From positions 487-64,486 of the forward strand of contig CAYHNG010000006.1 in NCBI GenBank assembly GCA_964357975.1: DNA of 64,000 nucleotides, written 5' to 3'. This DNA is from an uncultured Pseudomonadales bacterium. Lineage in GTDB: Bacteria > Patescibacteriota > Microgenomatia > UBA1400 > MFAQ01. Below, piece by piece: positions 54,998-64,000 of the stretch (positions are counted from its first letter, which is position 1; every line of letters begins with the position of its first letter). Made by a program: the position numbers and the translations under genes. The notes below the pieces were generated by a model. That model saw only the letters and a list, made by a program, of their open reading frames with translations. It was not told where the DNA came from and ran no database searches.

Positions 54998-55704
54998 GAG
55001 TTTTTGTATCGATTATTTTTCTTGTCATTTACTATCTGACCATCTTTGATAAGAATTATTCTCTCTGCATACTCTGCAATATCCGGCTCATGAGTAATCA
55101 TAACAATGGTATGCCCATCTCGATTTAGTTTAGTAAAGATTCCCATTATTTCCCCAGCCTGGACACTGGCAATGTTTCCAGTTGGTTCGTCGGCTAACAA
55201 AAGATCTGGATTCATGACAAGGGATCGAGCGATGGCAACACGTTGTTGTTGGCCACCGGAGATCTGGTTACTGGTGTGATTGAGCCGATTTTCCAAACCA
55301 ACCATAGTCAAAAATTTGGTGGCTATCTTTTCCGCCGCCTCTTTTTTGATTCCGGAATAAAGCATAGGGAGCATAACGTTTTTGAGAGTGGTAGTACGAG
55401 GCAATAAGTTGAAAGCTTGGAAGATAAAACCAATTTTTTGGTTTCTGATATCCGAGAGTTCGTCTTCGTCTAGTTTTTCGATATTTGTTCCTCCTAGTAT
55501 GTACTCACCGGAGGTTGATTTATCCAAAGCACCAAGAATATGCATGAGGGTAGATTTACCTGATCCAGATGGACCCATGATAGCAACGAACTCTCCTTTG
55601 TTGATTTCGAAAGAGACATTGTTGAGCGCTACAGTCTCCACACCTTCAGTTTGGTAAATTTTGGATAGATTTTTGACTGAGATGATTGGCGTTTCTTTGA
55701 TCAT
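54994..55704 (-). CDS. MacB-type ABC ATPase
   Basis: [24 protein letters not shown]. Confidence 0.93.
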   Translation of the reverse strand: MIKETPIISVKNLSKIYQTEGVETVALNNVSFEINKGEFVAIMGPSGSGKSTLMHILGALDKSTSGEYILGGTNIEKLDEDELSDIRNQKIGFIFQAFNLLPRTTTLKNVMLPMLYSGIKKEAAEKIATKFLTMVGLENRLNHTSNQISGGQQQRVAIARSLVMNPDLLLADEPTGNIASVQAGEIMGIFTKLNRDGHTIVMITHEPDIAEYAERIILIKDGQIVNDKKNNRYKNS

Positions 55705-55706
55705 GG

Positions 55707-57044
55707 CTACAAGGGTATTCTCATGCCACCGCCACCACCAAAAAGAGAACTGCCAGAGTTGGTCGTGGGGCTAGTTTTGCTAGTTGTGGAGGTAGAGGTA
55801 ATAACTTCGTCACCCTCACTGATTCCGGATTTGATGATGGTTTGAGTGTCATTGGAAATACCCGTTTCGACACTGACCGTTTCGACTTTTTTATCTTTGA
55901 GAATTTGAACTGTCTTTTGACCACTACTTGTTTTTATGGCGACTGTCGGAATCATGATGACGTCGTCAATTGAGGCGGTGATAATTTGAGCACTAAGAGC
56001 CATATTGGTATAAATGTCCAAAGTGGTAGGGTCGAGCAGGATGGAAGCAGAATAAGAGGTTACTCCAGAACTAACACTACCACTGGTATTAACGGCCAAA
56101 ACAGTACCAGTAAGAGTTGTGTCCGGGAAGGCATCCATTATAAGGCTAGCCTTTTGGCCAGACTGGACCTTGGTAACGTCTACCTCAGTTAGACTGACAG
56201 TTGCTTGATATTTACCCTCTGGATTCTTGATAGCGCCAATTTTTTGGGAAGAGACCGAAGAAGAATTTGTCGTTGAGTCTGTACCGGTGCTGACGGTGAT
56301 TGAAGCTGAACTGCTATTGCTGGAGATGACTACTCCCGGCGCTAGAACTAAATTGTTTACGACACCGTCGGCTGGCGCATAGACCGTACTAGAGACTTTT
56401 TGGTAATTGCGATAGGCCGCTAAAGATTTTGCTTGAGACACTGCAATATTTGAATCTGAAATCTGAAAAGACTTTACAGCGGCGTCGTATGCTTCTTTTG
56501 CCTGAGGATATTCTTTAGCTACGATGTCAAGTTCGTTTTGAGTGTAAGGACGCTTCGTGTCTGGATTCCAGCCGCCGGAAATTGAGTCTCTTTGAGCTGC
56601 TTCGGCGTCTGCCAAAGCTTGTTGTTTCTGGAGCATGGTTATCTCGGAAGTTTGCTTGGAAGTAAGAGAGTTTTTGGCGGTAACTTGAGCGGTCTGGTAG
56701 TTGTTCCAGGCGATGGTTTGGTTTAACTTACCATCATCGTCCAGATTAATTACGGCAATTTTTTGATCTTTTTTTACCACATCTCCGTTCTGGATGTAGA
56801 CTTTGCTAACGGTGCCAGTTGCACCGGTCGTAATATAGGTGGTATCACCTGAGGTGATAGTTCCCGATGCCGAAATGGAAGAAATTAGCATACCTCTCTC
56901 TACTACTGCAGTTTGATAACTAGGTTTGTCTGTTTTTCCGGACGATACTCTAGAATATGCAAACCAGCCGACACCTATCAACAGTGTGGCGACGATAATT
57001 TTCTTGAATAATGATAGTTGTTTTAGATTGGCAATTATGTTCAT
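55707..57044 (-). CDS. MacA-like membrane fusion protein
   Basis: N-terminal TM, lipoyl motifs, helical hairpin. Confidence 0.88.
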   Translation of the reverse strand: MNIIANLKQLSLFKKIIVATLLIGVGWFAYSRVSSGKTDKPSYQTAVVERGMLISSISASGTITSGDTTYITTGATGTVSKVYIQNGDVVKKDQKIAVINLDDDGKLNQTIAWNNYQTAQVTAKNSLTSKQTSEITMLQKQQALADAEAAQRDSISGGWNPDTKRPYTQNELDIVAKEYPQAKEAYDAAVKSFQISDSNIAVSQAKSLAAYRNYQKVSSTVYAPADGVVNNLVLAPGVVISSNSSSASITVSTGTDSTTNSSSVSSQKIGAIKNPEGKYQATVSLTEVDVTKVQSGQKASLIMDAFPDTTLTGTVLAVNTSGSVSSGVTSYSASILLDPTTLDIYTNMALSAQIITASIDDVIMIPTVAIKTSSGQKTVQILKDKKVETVSVETGISNDTQTIIKSGISEGDEVITSTSTTSKTSPTTNSGSSLFGGGGGMRIPL

Positions 57045-57067
57045 ACGAGGCGTAATTTAGTCTTAGT

Positions 57068-57089
57068 ATCTGAAGATTAGCTGAAAACT
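57068..57089. promoter_or_regulatory. putative response-regulator binding direct repeat
   Basis: ATCTGAAGATT-AGCTGAAAACT, 11-bp periodicity. Confidence 0.5.
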
Positions 57090-58083
57090 AGACAGGTAGA
57101 TGAATAATAAAAGTGGTACCTTGATCGATTTTGCTCTGTACTGAGATAGAGCCATGATGGTCTTCAACTATTTTTTTGGCGATAGAAAGCCCCAGCCCAA
57201 AACCATCAATCTCGCCTTTGGACCTGGCAGTATCGCCTCTAAAGAAACGGTCGAAGATGTGTGGTAAATCTTTTGCATCAATGCCGATCCCTTCATCTTT
57301 GATGGAGACTTCTATCGATTTTTTTCTAACAATTGAATTAATTACCACCGAACCCTTGTGGTGGCTATATTTGACTGCGTTTTCAAGTAGGATATTAAAA
57401 AGCTCTTTTAATTCGTCTCGGTTGCCTACAATTTCTTGTTCGGTAGAGACGAGATTTTTGAGAATTAGACCTTTGTTTTTAGCCATGACCGAGATATTTT
57501 TGATCGATTCCCCAATGATTTTTTGAATAGATAATCTTTCGACCTCTAGTGGTGGACCTAGTTTTTTTCCTGAAGTCAGATGCAGAAGACGGTTGGATAG
57601 CTCTTGGAGATGATTAACTTCGAGAATGTTTTCCGAGATGAGAACTTTGGCTTCTTTTATAGTTAAACCGGTGTCCCTCAGGGCAACCTCCATGGCCAAC
57701 TTGAGAGAAGTGAGAGGTGTGCGTAGTTCGTGGGACGAGTCGGTAATAAAACGGTTTTGATCTTCCAGCATGTTTTTGATTGGATCCAGTGTCTTACCCG
57801 CTAGAAAGTACCCAAGTCCACCAGCCACGAATAGAATGGCACTGTTGATGGTTAGTAAGGTAAACACGATACGCCGATTGGCGTTCTCGACAAAATCTGT
57901 ATCCAAAGAATCTGAGGGTTGAATAGGTCCAAAACGACGTTCGATTCTGAATCTTTGTTCGACTACAAAAGCCTTTACCTGTCCAAGAAGCAGACGGTGA
58001 ATGGTGAAACTAAAAAAGATCGTGACCGACATCAAGATTAGTAGATACCAGACAGTTAGTTTGAGACGGGCTTCTTTGAACAT
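57088..58083 (-). CDS. sensor histidine kinase
   Basis: SHELRTPLT H-box; N, G1 (DEGIGI), F and G2 (GLGLSI) boxes. Confidence 0.95.
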   Translation of the reverse strand: MFKEARLKLTVWYLLILMSVTIFFSFTIHRLLLGQVKAFVVEQRFRIERRFGPIQPSDSLDTDFVENANRRIVFTLLTINSAILFVAGGLGYFLAGKTLDPIKNMLEDQNRFITDSSHELRTPLTSLKLAMEVALRDTGLTIKEAKVLISENILEVNHLQELSNRLLHLTSGKKLGPPLEVERLSIQKIIGESIKNISVMAKNKGLILKNLVSTEQEIVGNRDELKELFNILLENAVKYSHHKGSVVINSIVRKKSIEVSIKDEGIGIDAKDLPHIFDRFFRGDTARSKGEIDGFGLGLSIAKKIVEDHHGSISVQSKIDQGTTFIIHLPV

Positions 58084-58085
58084 GG

Positions 58086-58760
58086 TTAGTCGCTAATTTT
58101 ATAGCCAAAACCTCTGAGGGTTTTGATTAAAGCTGGAAGATGAGTAAATGGTTTATCAATCTTGCGTCGGAGATTGCGGATATAAACCTCGATGGTATTG
58201 GGTAAGACATCGGCATCATAGTTCCAGACGTGAGCGATGATCTGGTCTTTGGAAAGAATCTTTCCTTGATGTTCCATGAGGAAGTTTAATAGAGTGAACT
58301 CTTTGTTGGATAGCACCAACTTCTTGCCAGCACGAACAACTTCAAAGGTTTCACTGTTCAGGGAGAGGTCGGATGCGAATAAGGTGGTATTGGTGACCTG
58401 TTGCGGCCGGCGGGAGATGGCTCGAACTCTAGCCAACAGCTCCTCGAAAGAAAATGGCTTGACCAAGTAATCGTCGGCACCGGCATTAAGACCGGTAATT
58501 TTATCTTGGGTTTGACCCTTGGCCGTAAGAATAAGGACAGGAGTGTGAATTCGTTTACTCCTGAGGTCTCTGACAATAGAAAGACCGTCTTTACCCGGTA
58601 ACATTAAATCAAGAATAAGAAGATCGAAGATATTTTCGGAAGCCATATCAAAACCAGAAATGCCGTCGTAAGCCAGATCCACCACAAAATGTTCTTGCTC
58701 AAGGCCTTTCTTGAGAGTGTTGGCAATCCGATGTTCGTCCTCCACAATTAGTATTCTCAC
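58086..58760 (-). CDS. OmpR-family response regulator
   Basis: ILIVEDE, LDLMLP, GADDYLVKPF, winged-helix IKTLRGFGY. Confidence 0.95.
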   Translation of the reverse strand: MRILIVEDEHRIANTLKKGLEQEHFVVDLAYDGISGFDMASENIFDLLILDLMLPGKDGLSIVRDLRSKRIHTPVLILTAKGQTQDKITGLNAGADDYLVKPFSFEELLARVRAISRRPQQVTNTTLFASDLSLNSETFEVVRAGKKLVLSNKEFTLLNFLMEHQGKILSKDQIIAHVWNYDADVLPNTIEVYIRNLRRKIDKPFTHLPALIKTLRGFGYKISD

Positions 58761-58779
58761 AGGAAGGATTATATCCCTG

Positions 58780-58801
58780 AAGCTGAAATTAAGCTGAAAT
58801 T
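58780..58801. promoter_or_regulatory. perfect 11-bp direct repeat, putative autoregulatory site
   Basis: AAGCTGAAATT x2 just upstream of the -10 box of the regulator gene. Confidence 0.6.
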
Positions 58802-60131
58802 AATATTGGCTAGCCAAATAAACCTTCTGAGCCGAGCGTAACCTGCCTCGATAGAAATAGATAACCAGACTAATAATCAGGACAGCTAAGGTGTTGAGAC
58901 GGAGGGCGGTACCACTGCCAAAAGTATCGGTGAGAAAACCTATCTCCAGGTTTCCCAAGAATAATAGCCCGGCATAAAGCAGAAAATATATACTGGAAAC
59001 TCGGCCACGGTATTTTTCATCGGCCATCATCTGAACCATTGTTCCCAGAACAACATTGATGGCGACTAGCCCACCACCGGCCAGAAAAAGATAAAAAATA
59101 CCCAAGTTGAGATTGGACGTTAGAGAAAAAAGAAACAGGCTGAGAGAAAAGAGAGTGTTTCCAAAAATGACAATTGAGAGTTTGCTGAAATTCTTGGAGA
59201 AAGTGGAGACCAAGAGAGTGGCCGAAATGGCCCCGATGCCGATGGCCGAGAAGAGATAACCCATGCCGGTAGCATTGGAATGAAAGACCTCTTTAGCCAA
59301 AACCGGAATGATGGTGGTGTAAGACCAGCCAAAAATGGACATGGCACTGACATAAAGAAAAATAGCCCTAATGACGGGGTTCCGATATGAATAAGAGATA
59401 CCCTCTTTAATAGCCTTGAGGGGAGAGAGGTTCAGATTGGTGACTTTGTACGGGGTGTCAATTAAAAGCAGAGCGATAATGACGGCTATGTAACTGAGAC
59501 CATTAAGAACGAAAGCCCCACCAGTTCCGGCCAAAACGATGTAGAGCCCTGCAAGACCAGGACCAATGACACGGCCCAAACTGGAAATACCGGAATTAAT
59601 AGACATGGCGGAGGAAATGATGTCGTTATCCGCCAGCTCGCTCAGATAGGCAAAATGAGCCGGTGTAGAAACAGAGTTGACGATCCCTCCCAGTAGAGCA
59701 ATGATCACAATTTCCGTGATATTTACCCATCCAAAAATAGTGAGAAGACCCAAGAGAAAAGCCAAAATCATCGCTATGGAGTTCGTAACCAGTAAGAGAC
59801 TTTTTTTGGAAAAACGATCGGCAATAATGCCTCCAAACAAGGAAAAGAATAAAGCTGGGATGGCGGACATGGCGGCCACCAGACCGACCAAAAAGGCAGA
59901 GTTGGTAAGCTGAAGGGTTAACCACCCAAGTGCCACTATCTGCATCCAACTTCCAATATTAGATATCAGCTGACCGGCAAAGTAACGACGGCAGTTCCTA
60001 CTCTTCAAAACAGGAATCGAAGAAAAGATTTTGCGTATCAATTTCGAGTTACTTACGTAACCTACATGCGAACTACCACTAATGATGAATTTTTCCTCAG
60101 GAGTAAGTCGGGAGCGTTTTTTCTTATGCAC
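58800..60131 (-). CDS. MFS transporter
   Basis: 12-TM pattern; GQLISNIGSWMQ, GIIADRF, YRGRVSS. Confidence 0.92.
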   Translation of the reverse strand: MHKKKRSRLTPEEKFIISGSSHVGYVSNSKLIRKIFSSIPVLKSRNCRRYFAGQLISNIGSWMQIVALGWLTLQLTNSAFLVGLVAAMSAIPALFFSLFGGIIADRFSKKSLLLVTNSIAMILAFLLGLLTIFGWVNITEIVIIALLGGIVNSVSTPAHFAYLSELADNDIISSAMSINSGISSLGRVIGPGLAGLYIVLAGTGGAFVLNGLSYIAVIIALLLIDTPYKVTNLNLSPLKAIKEGISYSYRNPVIRAIFLYVSAMSIFGWSYTTIIPVLAKEVFHSNATGMGYLFSAIGIGAISATLLVSTFSKNFSKLSIVIFGNTLFSLSLFLFSLTSNLNLGIFYLFLAGGGLVAINVVLGTMVQMMADEKYRGRVSSIYFLLYAGLLFLGNLEIGFLTDTFGSGTALRLNTLAVLIISLVIYFYRGRLRSAQKVYLASQY

Positions 60132-60148
60132 AAGTATAATAATAAACT

Positions 60149-60889
60149 ATGGTAAAAACGACTGACTACGTAACTTTGGAAGGCAGAAACATGGTGCGGG
60201 ATAGCTTGGTGTCCGGACAAAAAATCCGTACGGTACTTTTGGGTCTTGGGTCGGTGGGAGACCCTAAAATAAAAGAGATTGAAAAACTGGCCAGAGATAA
60301 AGGAGTACAAATCCAATCGATCCAAACAGAAGAGCTGAATAAGATGGCCGAGTCCAGAAATCCACAAGGTGTGATAGCCCTGATGGACGTACCGGAAATC
60401 ACCTCTCTAAAGCAAATTTTGGACAACAAAAGAAATTGCATAATTTTGCTACTCAACCGGATAGATTACGAACAAAATTTGGGGGCTATTTTGAGAACGG
60501 CGTGGGCAGCGGGAGTAGACGCAGTGGTCGCCTCTCCGAACGGAGTTCATGAGATCACACCGGTGGTTGCTAAAGTTTCTATGGGTGGAGCAGCCTATGT
60601 ACCGCTAATTCCCATGAGTCTATTTCAGGCAATAAAAATGCTCCACGAGTATGCGGTGCCGGTAGTGGGGGTGGAGGTGGAGATGGGCAAGACCATGTAC
60701 GAACAAAAACTGACGGGACCGGTGGCTTTTTTGATGGGAGGAGAGTCGGAAGGATTGTCGGAACCTCTGCAAAAAGAGTGCGACTACTTTATCAATATTC
60801 CCATGCAGAAGGCAGTGGCCTCGTTGAATGTAAGTGTAGCAACGGCGCTAGTGTTGTACGAAAAAAATCGACAAGAGAGTAAGATTTAA
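60149..60889 (+). CDS. TrmH/RlmB-family SPOUT rRNA methyltransferase
   Basis: QNLGAILRTA, MGGESEGL, SLNVSVA. Confidence 0.92.
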   Translation: MVKTTDYVTLEGRNMVRDSLVSGQKIRTVLLGLGSVGDPKIKEIEKLARDKGVQIQSIQTEELNKMAESRNPQGVIALMDVPEITSLKQILDNKRNCIILLLNRIDYEQNLGAILRTAWAAGVDAVVASPNGVHEITPVVAKVSMGGAAYVPLIPMSLFQAIKMLHEYAVPVVGVEVEMGKTMYEQKLTGPVAFLMGGESEGLSEPLQKECDYFINIPMQKAVASLNVSVATALVLYEKNRQESKI

Positions 60890-60904
60890 TGCTACTATGA
60901 ATGT

Positions 60905-61222
60905 ATGGAAGTCGTTTATAAAAAAGCAAAAACCAACGAAGAGATTAGAAATTGGGTCGTGTTGCACGGCGGTAAACCGGCTATCATTAACGACCCGGAA
61001 GTCGACATGGATAAGGTAGGAATTAGGATCGACTGGCCCGGCCACAAGGACGAGACGATGCTGAGCTCGGGAAGAACCGCCACCAAAGATATCTCGTGGG
61101 ACGAGTTTTTTGCCCTTATGGAAAGGAAAAACCTCGATTTTGAGTATTCCGAGCAGGAAGATATCGAGGCTACCTGGAGATACCGATTTGTGCCTAAATA
61201 CGCTCCGGAAGCCGAGAGTTAA
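60905..61222 (+). CDS. hypothetical protein
   Basis: EEIRNWV...GGKPA...ISWDEFF pattern of a small conserved family. Confidence 0.75.
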   Translation: MEVVYKKAKTNEEIRNWVVLHGGKPAIINDPEVDMDKVGIRIDWPGHKDETMLSSGRTATKDISWDEFFALMERKNLDFEYSEQEDIEATWRYRFVPKYAPEAES

Positions 61223-61292
61223 TCTTGTCATTGCACTATGGGTCTGCTAGAATACGTCTGTTCCTGAATAAATCACTTGAAGAGGAGAAAAC

Positions 61293-61604
61293 ATGACGAA
61301 CGTCACCGTAAGCTTTCCTAAAACTGCTTCCGATCAAATAAAGGGGCGCGTTTTGGACTTGGTTAAGACCACCGTTGAGGGCGCAATTGGTCGGAGACCG
61401 GTAGAAATAAAAGAAAGTGAAATTGTGTCTTCCACCGGCGTAGAGGTCACTCTCTTGGATATTGGCAACCTCTCAGCCAAGAAAGCCTCGTTCCTGATGG
61501 AAATGCTTGATTTGGCGGTGTTCTCGGTCGTAGGAGTGTTGATGGACGTCAACATTACGATGCACACCGCGCTGACAAGCCACCGAAAAGCGGCCGCCCG
61601 CTAG
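61293..61604 (+). CDS. hypothetical protein
   Basis: GAGGAG RBS; hairpin and T-run downstream. Confidence 0.65.
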   Translation: MTNVTVSFPKTASDQIKGRVLDLVKTTVEGAIGRRPVEIKESEIVSSTGVEVTLLDIGNLSAKKASFLMEMLDLAVFSVVGVLMDVNITMHTALTSHRKAAAR

Positions 61605-61653
61605 ATTCCCCCCTAACCCCCACATTGTGGGGGTTTTGTTTTTTTCCCAACTC

Positions 61654-62259
61654 TTATTTTTCCCTGTGACGACGGGCGCCTTCCGGACTAAAACCCAGCT
61701 CCGAAATGAGATAGTAATCTACATCCTCCAGTAAATGTTTTTTGGTGTCTTCGTTTTGGATGACCACATCAGCCATCTCCAGACAACGGCCAACTTGCTG
61801 ACCTAAGTTGTTTTCACCTAGTCCTAGATCTCGATTGTTCGCCCTAATAAAATCTCCCTCCGCCGCGCCGTCTTCGCCTCTTCTCCAAGCGCGATCCAAG
61901 TACCATTCCAGCCGATTCTCCGGCGAGGCATCAATGCCCATAACGGTAATGCCAAGTGCTTGGCGGAGAAATTCAATCTCCGAAGGATTTCGAATCGAGT
62001 CGATAACAATATTTCCTTCAAGGCCACTTAACAGGGCTAAGGTTCTTTCCGCCAAAACGTGTCCACCAAAGGTTTCCCGGAGCTCATTGCCTACATTTTG
62101 GAGATTTTCTCTGGACAAAGGTAGCCCTCGCGCATTAACTTCTTCTCGAACCCGATCGGAGAGGCTAAAGACAGAGAAACCTAGCCCCCGAAGATACTTG
62201 GCCACCTCCCCTTTCCCGGAAGCAATCGGCCCCACTAATCCAATAACTGTCCTTGTCAT
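61654..62259 (-). CDS. P-loop nucleotide kinase (dephospho-CoA kinase/adenylate kinase-like)
   Basis: GLVGPIASGKG, SLSDRVRE, VIDSIRNPSE, ADVVIQN. Confidence 0.85.
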   Translation of the reverse strand: MTRTVIGLVGPIASGKGEVAKYLRGLGFSVFSLSDRVREEVNARGLPLSRENLQNVGNELRETFGGHVLAERTLALLSGLEGNIVIDSIRNPSEIEFLRQALGITVMGIDASPENRLEWYLDRAWRRGEDGAAEGDFIRANNRDLGLGENNLGQQVGRCLEMADVVIQNEDTKKHLLEDVDYYLISELGFSPEGARRHREK

Positions 62260-62317
62260 AAATTTAGTGTACTAGAAATGTAGATAAATTGAGAGTTTGA
62301 ATGTTAGAATCGTCTTT

Positions 62318-62614
62318 ATGGCTGCAAAATTCAAAGAAACCTTTGAGGAAATGGTTACGAAATACGAAAAAGAGTTTGACGGATTTCAAGAACTCCACGA
62401 TAAATACGAACTCGATCCACGAAAGTGGCAACAAGAGTTTAATGCGGAAGGAGCAAAGATTATGGAGATTATTAGGGTTTATGAAAACAAACTTTGTGGC
62501 CACATGGAAAATACCCAGAACGCCACTTACTCGGCTAATCTGGCGGAGAAATTCAGAGGAGAAATAAAGAGATATTTACCCAAGCTAGATATGATCGGGG
62601 TGACGATGGGGTAA
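62318..62614 (+). CDS. hypothetical helical protein
   Basis: ATG 7 nt after TAGAAT. Confidence 0.75.
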   Translation: MAAKFKETFEEMVTKYEKEFDGFQELHDKYELDPRKWQQEFNAEGAKIMEIIRVYENKLCGHMENTQNATYSANLAEKFRGEIKRYLPKLDMIGVTMG

Positions 62615-62654
62615 ATAACTCAAGGAATCAAGAACTCAAGATACTGTGAGATCT

Positions 62655-63020
62655 TTATTTGCCGCACTCGCTTTTGATTTTTTCCAGGAGAGCAGTGCAA
62701 AATTGATCGGAAACGGCTTTGGTGGATTCTTTTAGAAGGCTAGCAGCAACACTTGCCGCTTGTTTACTGATTTCTTCAGTGATGGAAGCCATTGGAGATT
62801 GGGTATACTCAGTGGAAATACCCATGATTTTGGGGGTGGGGATTTGAATTTTATCTGGAAGGATTTTGTTGGCAGTGGCCACTGCAGGAATAATAATTGA
62901 AGACTGGAACTGAGGATTTTTGACGTAGTAATCGACCGGTTTGGAAATTTGAGGAAACATTTTGTACACTCCAAATAATGCAAGGCTAATTATGACGATT
63001 CGAATAAATATGTTGTTCAT
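62655..63020 (-). CDS. hypothetical membrane-anchored protein
   Basis: N-terminal TM helix; coupled to the upstream gene. Confidence 0.7.
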   Translation of the reverse strand: MNNIFIRIVIISLALFGVYKMFPQISKPVDYYVKNPQFQSSIIIPAVATANKILPDKIQIPTPKIMGISTEYTQSPMASITEEISKQAASVAASLLKESTKAVSDQFCTALLEKIKSECGK

Positions 63021-63877
63021 TGGTGTGGAGGGGTGTTGCAGATCTGACTCATGTGTTGCAAGGTGGTGTCTGATTCCTCGCGGGTTAGAATATCGGAAAC
63101 TTCATTTTTTTCAATTGCTGCTTTGAGCCTGGCACAAGTAACGATGCCTCTTTCCAGAAGCTGGTTGGTTTTGAACCTGGGAATATGATAAGCCAAAGTG
63201 ATAGGATGCAATCCCGCCGCCATGATCAAATCCGACATACCATGCCCTTGAGGATTCAGCCAAGAAGTGATCTCGAGGCCAACGCAGCCGGCGTAGTCGA
63301 AAACCTCAGAAGTTACTTTGGTATTGGTGACCAACCAAGGGAAGTAGGTAATCTCTGTACCATGACTCTGTTCCATCGCCGACTTGATGTCCAAGAACCG
63401 AGCGTAAGTATAAAGCGCCACTTGAACATCAGTTTTGACACCGGGACTGTTGTGAAATTTGCACTCGATGAAAAATTGTTTATTGTCTTTCTTGGCCACA
63501 ACATCTATTTCGTGAGTAACGCACTTACCGAGGACAATTACTCCTACTTCAGTTTTGTAACCATACTCCGAGAGGACGTCGGCTACAATAGTCTCAAAGG
63601 GGTGACCAGAAGGACCCAAGTCCATAATGGCTCGCTTGAGACCATAGTTGTAATAGTTGTTGACCGGAGCATTTTGTTTGAGATAGGTGGAAACGTGCTC
63701 ATGGATATCTTTGGTAGTGATGCCGGTTCTGAGATGTCGCTTAAGATAGTCGACAGTTTGCGAGGCAACGTCGACGGAAAGACCGGTTTTGGCCAGAGAT
63801 TTTGCGAGTTTGGATTCGTCAAAATGCTCTTGTTCACCAGAGGCTTTGATAACTGTAATAGGATTAAGAGTAATCAC
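63017..63877 (-). CDS. ATP-cone domain fused to an Mrr-like PD-(D/E)XK nuclease
   Basis: VIKASGEQEHFDESKL (ATP cone); FE...HEIDVVA...IECK. Confidence 0.85.
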   Translation of the reverse strand: MITLNPITVIKASGEQEHFDESKLAKSLAKTGLSVDVASQTVDYLKRHLRTGITTKDIHEHVSTYLKQNAPVNNYYNYGLKRAIMDLGPSGHPFETIVADVLSEYGYKTEVGVIVLGKCVTHEIDVVAKKDNKQFFIECKFHNSPGVKTDVQVALYTYARFLDIKSAMEQSHGTEITYFPWLVTNTKVTSEVFDYAGCVGLEITSWLNPQGHGMSDLIMAAGLHPITLAYHIPRFKTNQLLERGIVTCARLKAAIEKNEVSDILTREESDTTLQHMSQICNTPPHQ

Positions 63878-63912
63878 TAATTTATATTAGCAGAGTACTC
63901 TATAATATCCTT

Positions 63913-64000
63913 ATGAAAATGAGCAGAATGGGCGTGAAGCCCGAAAAGATGGCACCAAAAGATGCCGAAACAATAAATCACAAACTTCTTGTCCAGGCAG
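63913..64000 (+). CDS. proS: probable proline--tRNA ligase, N-terminus only (truncated by the window)
   Basis: MKMSR...PKDAETINHKLLVQA matches the bacterial ProRS N-terminus. Confidence 0.7.
   Translation, partial: MKMSRMGVKPEKMAPKDAETINHKLLVQA

Noticed and set aside
62617-62642. Short tandem AACTCAAG-like repeats
   Set aside because: Only about three degenerate units in a small gap between convergent genes; no evidence of function.
63185-63880. Long antisense ORFs (also 15692-16201, 33161-33682, 61808-62275 and others)
   Set aside because: They are shadows of well-supported genes on the opposite strand and have no motifs of their own.
1-64000. CRISPR array or cas genes
   Set aside because: No regularly spaced direct repeats with unique spacers and no cas motifs were seen.
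1-64000. Alternative genetic code (TGA read as Gly)
   Set aside because: Conserved genes are uninterrupted under code 11, and several, including secA and ftsX, end at TGA at the expected position.

Overview
Chromosomal segment of a small-genome bacterium. The gene content (FtsEX with an M23 coiled-coil partner, DUF2207, DUF5652, TMTC-like glycosyltransferase, many short membrane hypotheticals, no biosynthetic genes) suggests Patescibacteria/CPR, probably Microgenomates (inference). TGA is used as a stop, so genetic code 11 applies. Housekeeping genes: ftsE, ftsX, prfB, nfo, secA, serS, greA, an RlmB-like methyltransferase, the start of proS and tRNA-Glu(CTC). There are two MacAB-like ABC operons, one next to a two-component system. 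Two accessory regions stand out. (1) At 333-6232: a PD-(D/E)XK nuclease, two unknown proteins, a zinc-ribbon/DEAH-helicase/S1 protein, and a roughly 290-nt highly structured non-coding transcript with a perfect sigma70 promoter and its own terminator. This is the best candidate for an undescribed system. (2) An AT-richer island after tRNA-Glu carrying a two-gene Type I R-M system (HsdM-HsdS fusion), an inverted and degenerate FtsK, a zinc-ribbon repeat protein and an orphan ferredoxin. Other signals: a circularly permuted M23 peptidase, a probable short-stem-I Ser T-box before serS, a uORF attenuator before an ABC exporter, a stand-alone mini-Gre factor, dispersed palindromic repeats (one inside ftsE) and pervasive leaderless gene starts. 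All calls come from reading motifs by eye; no database searches were run.
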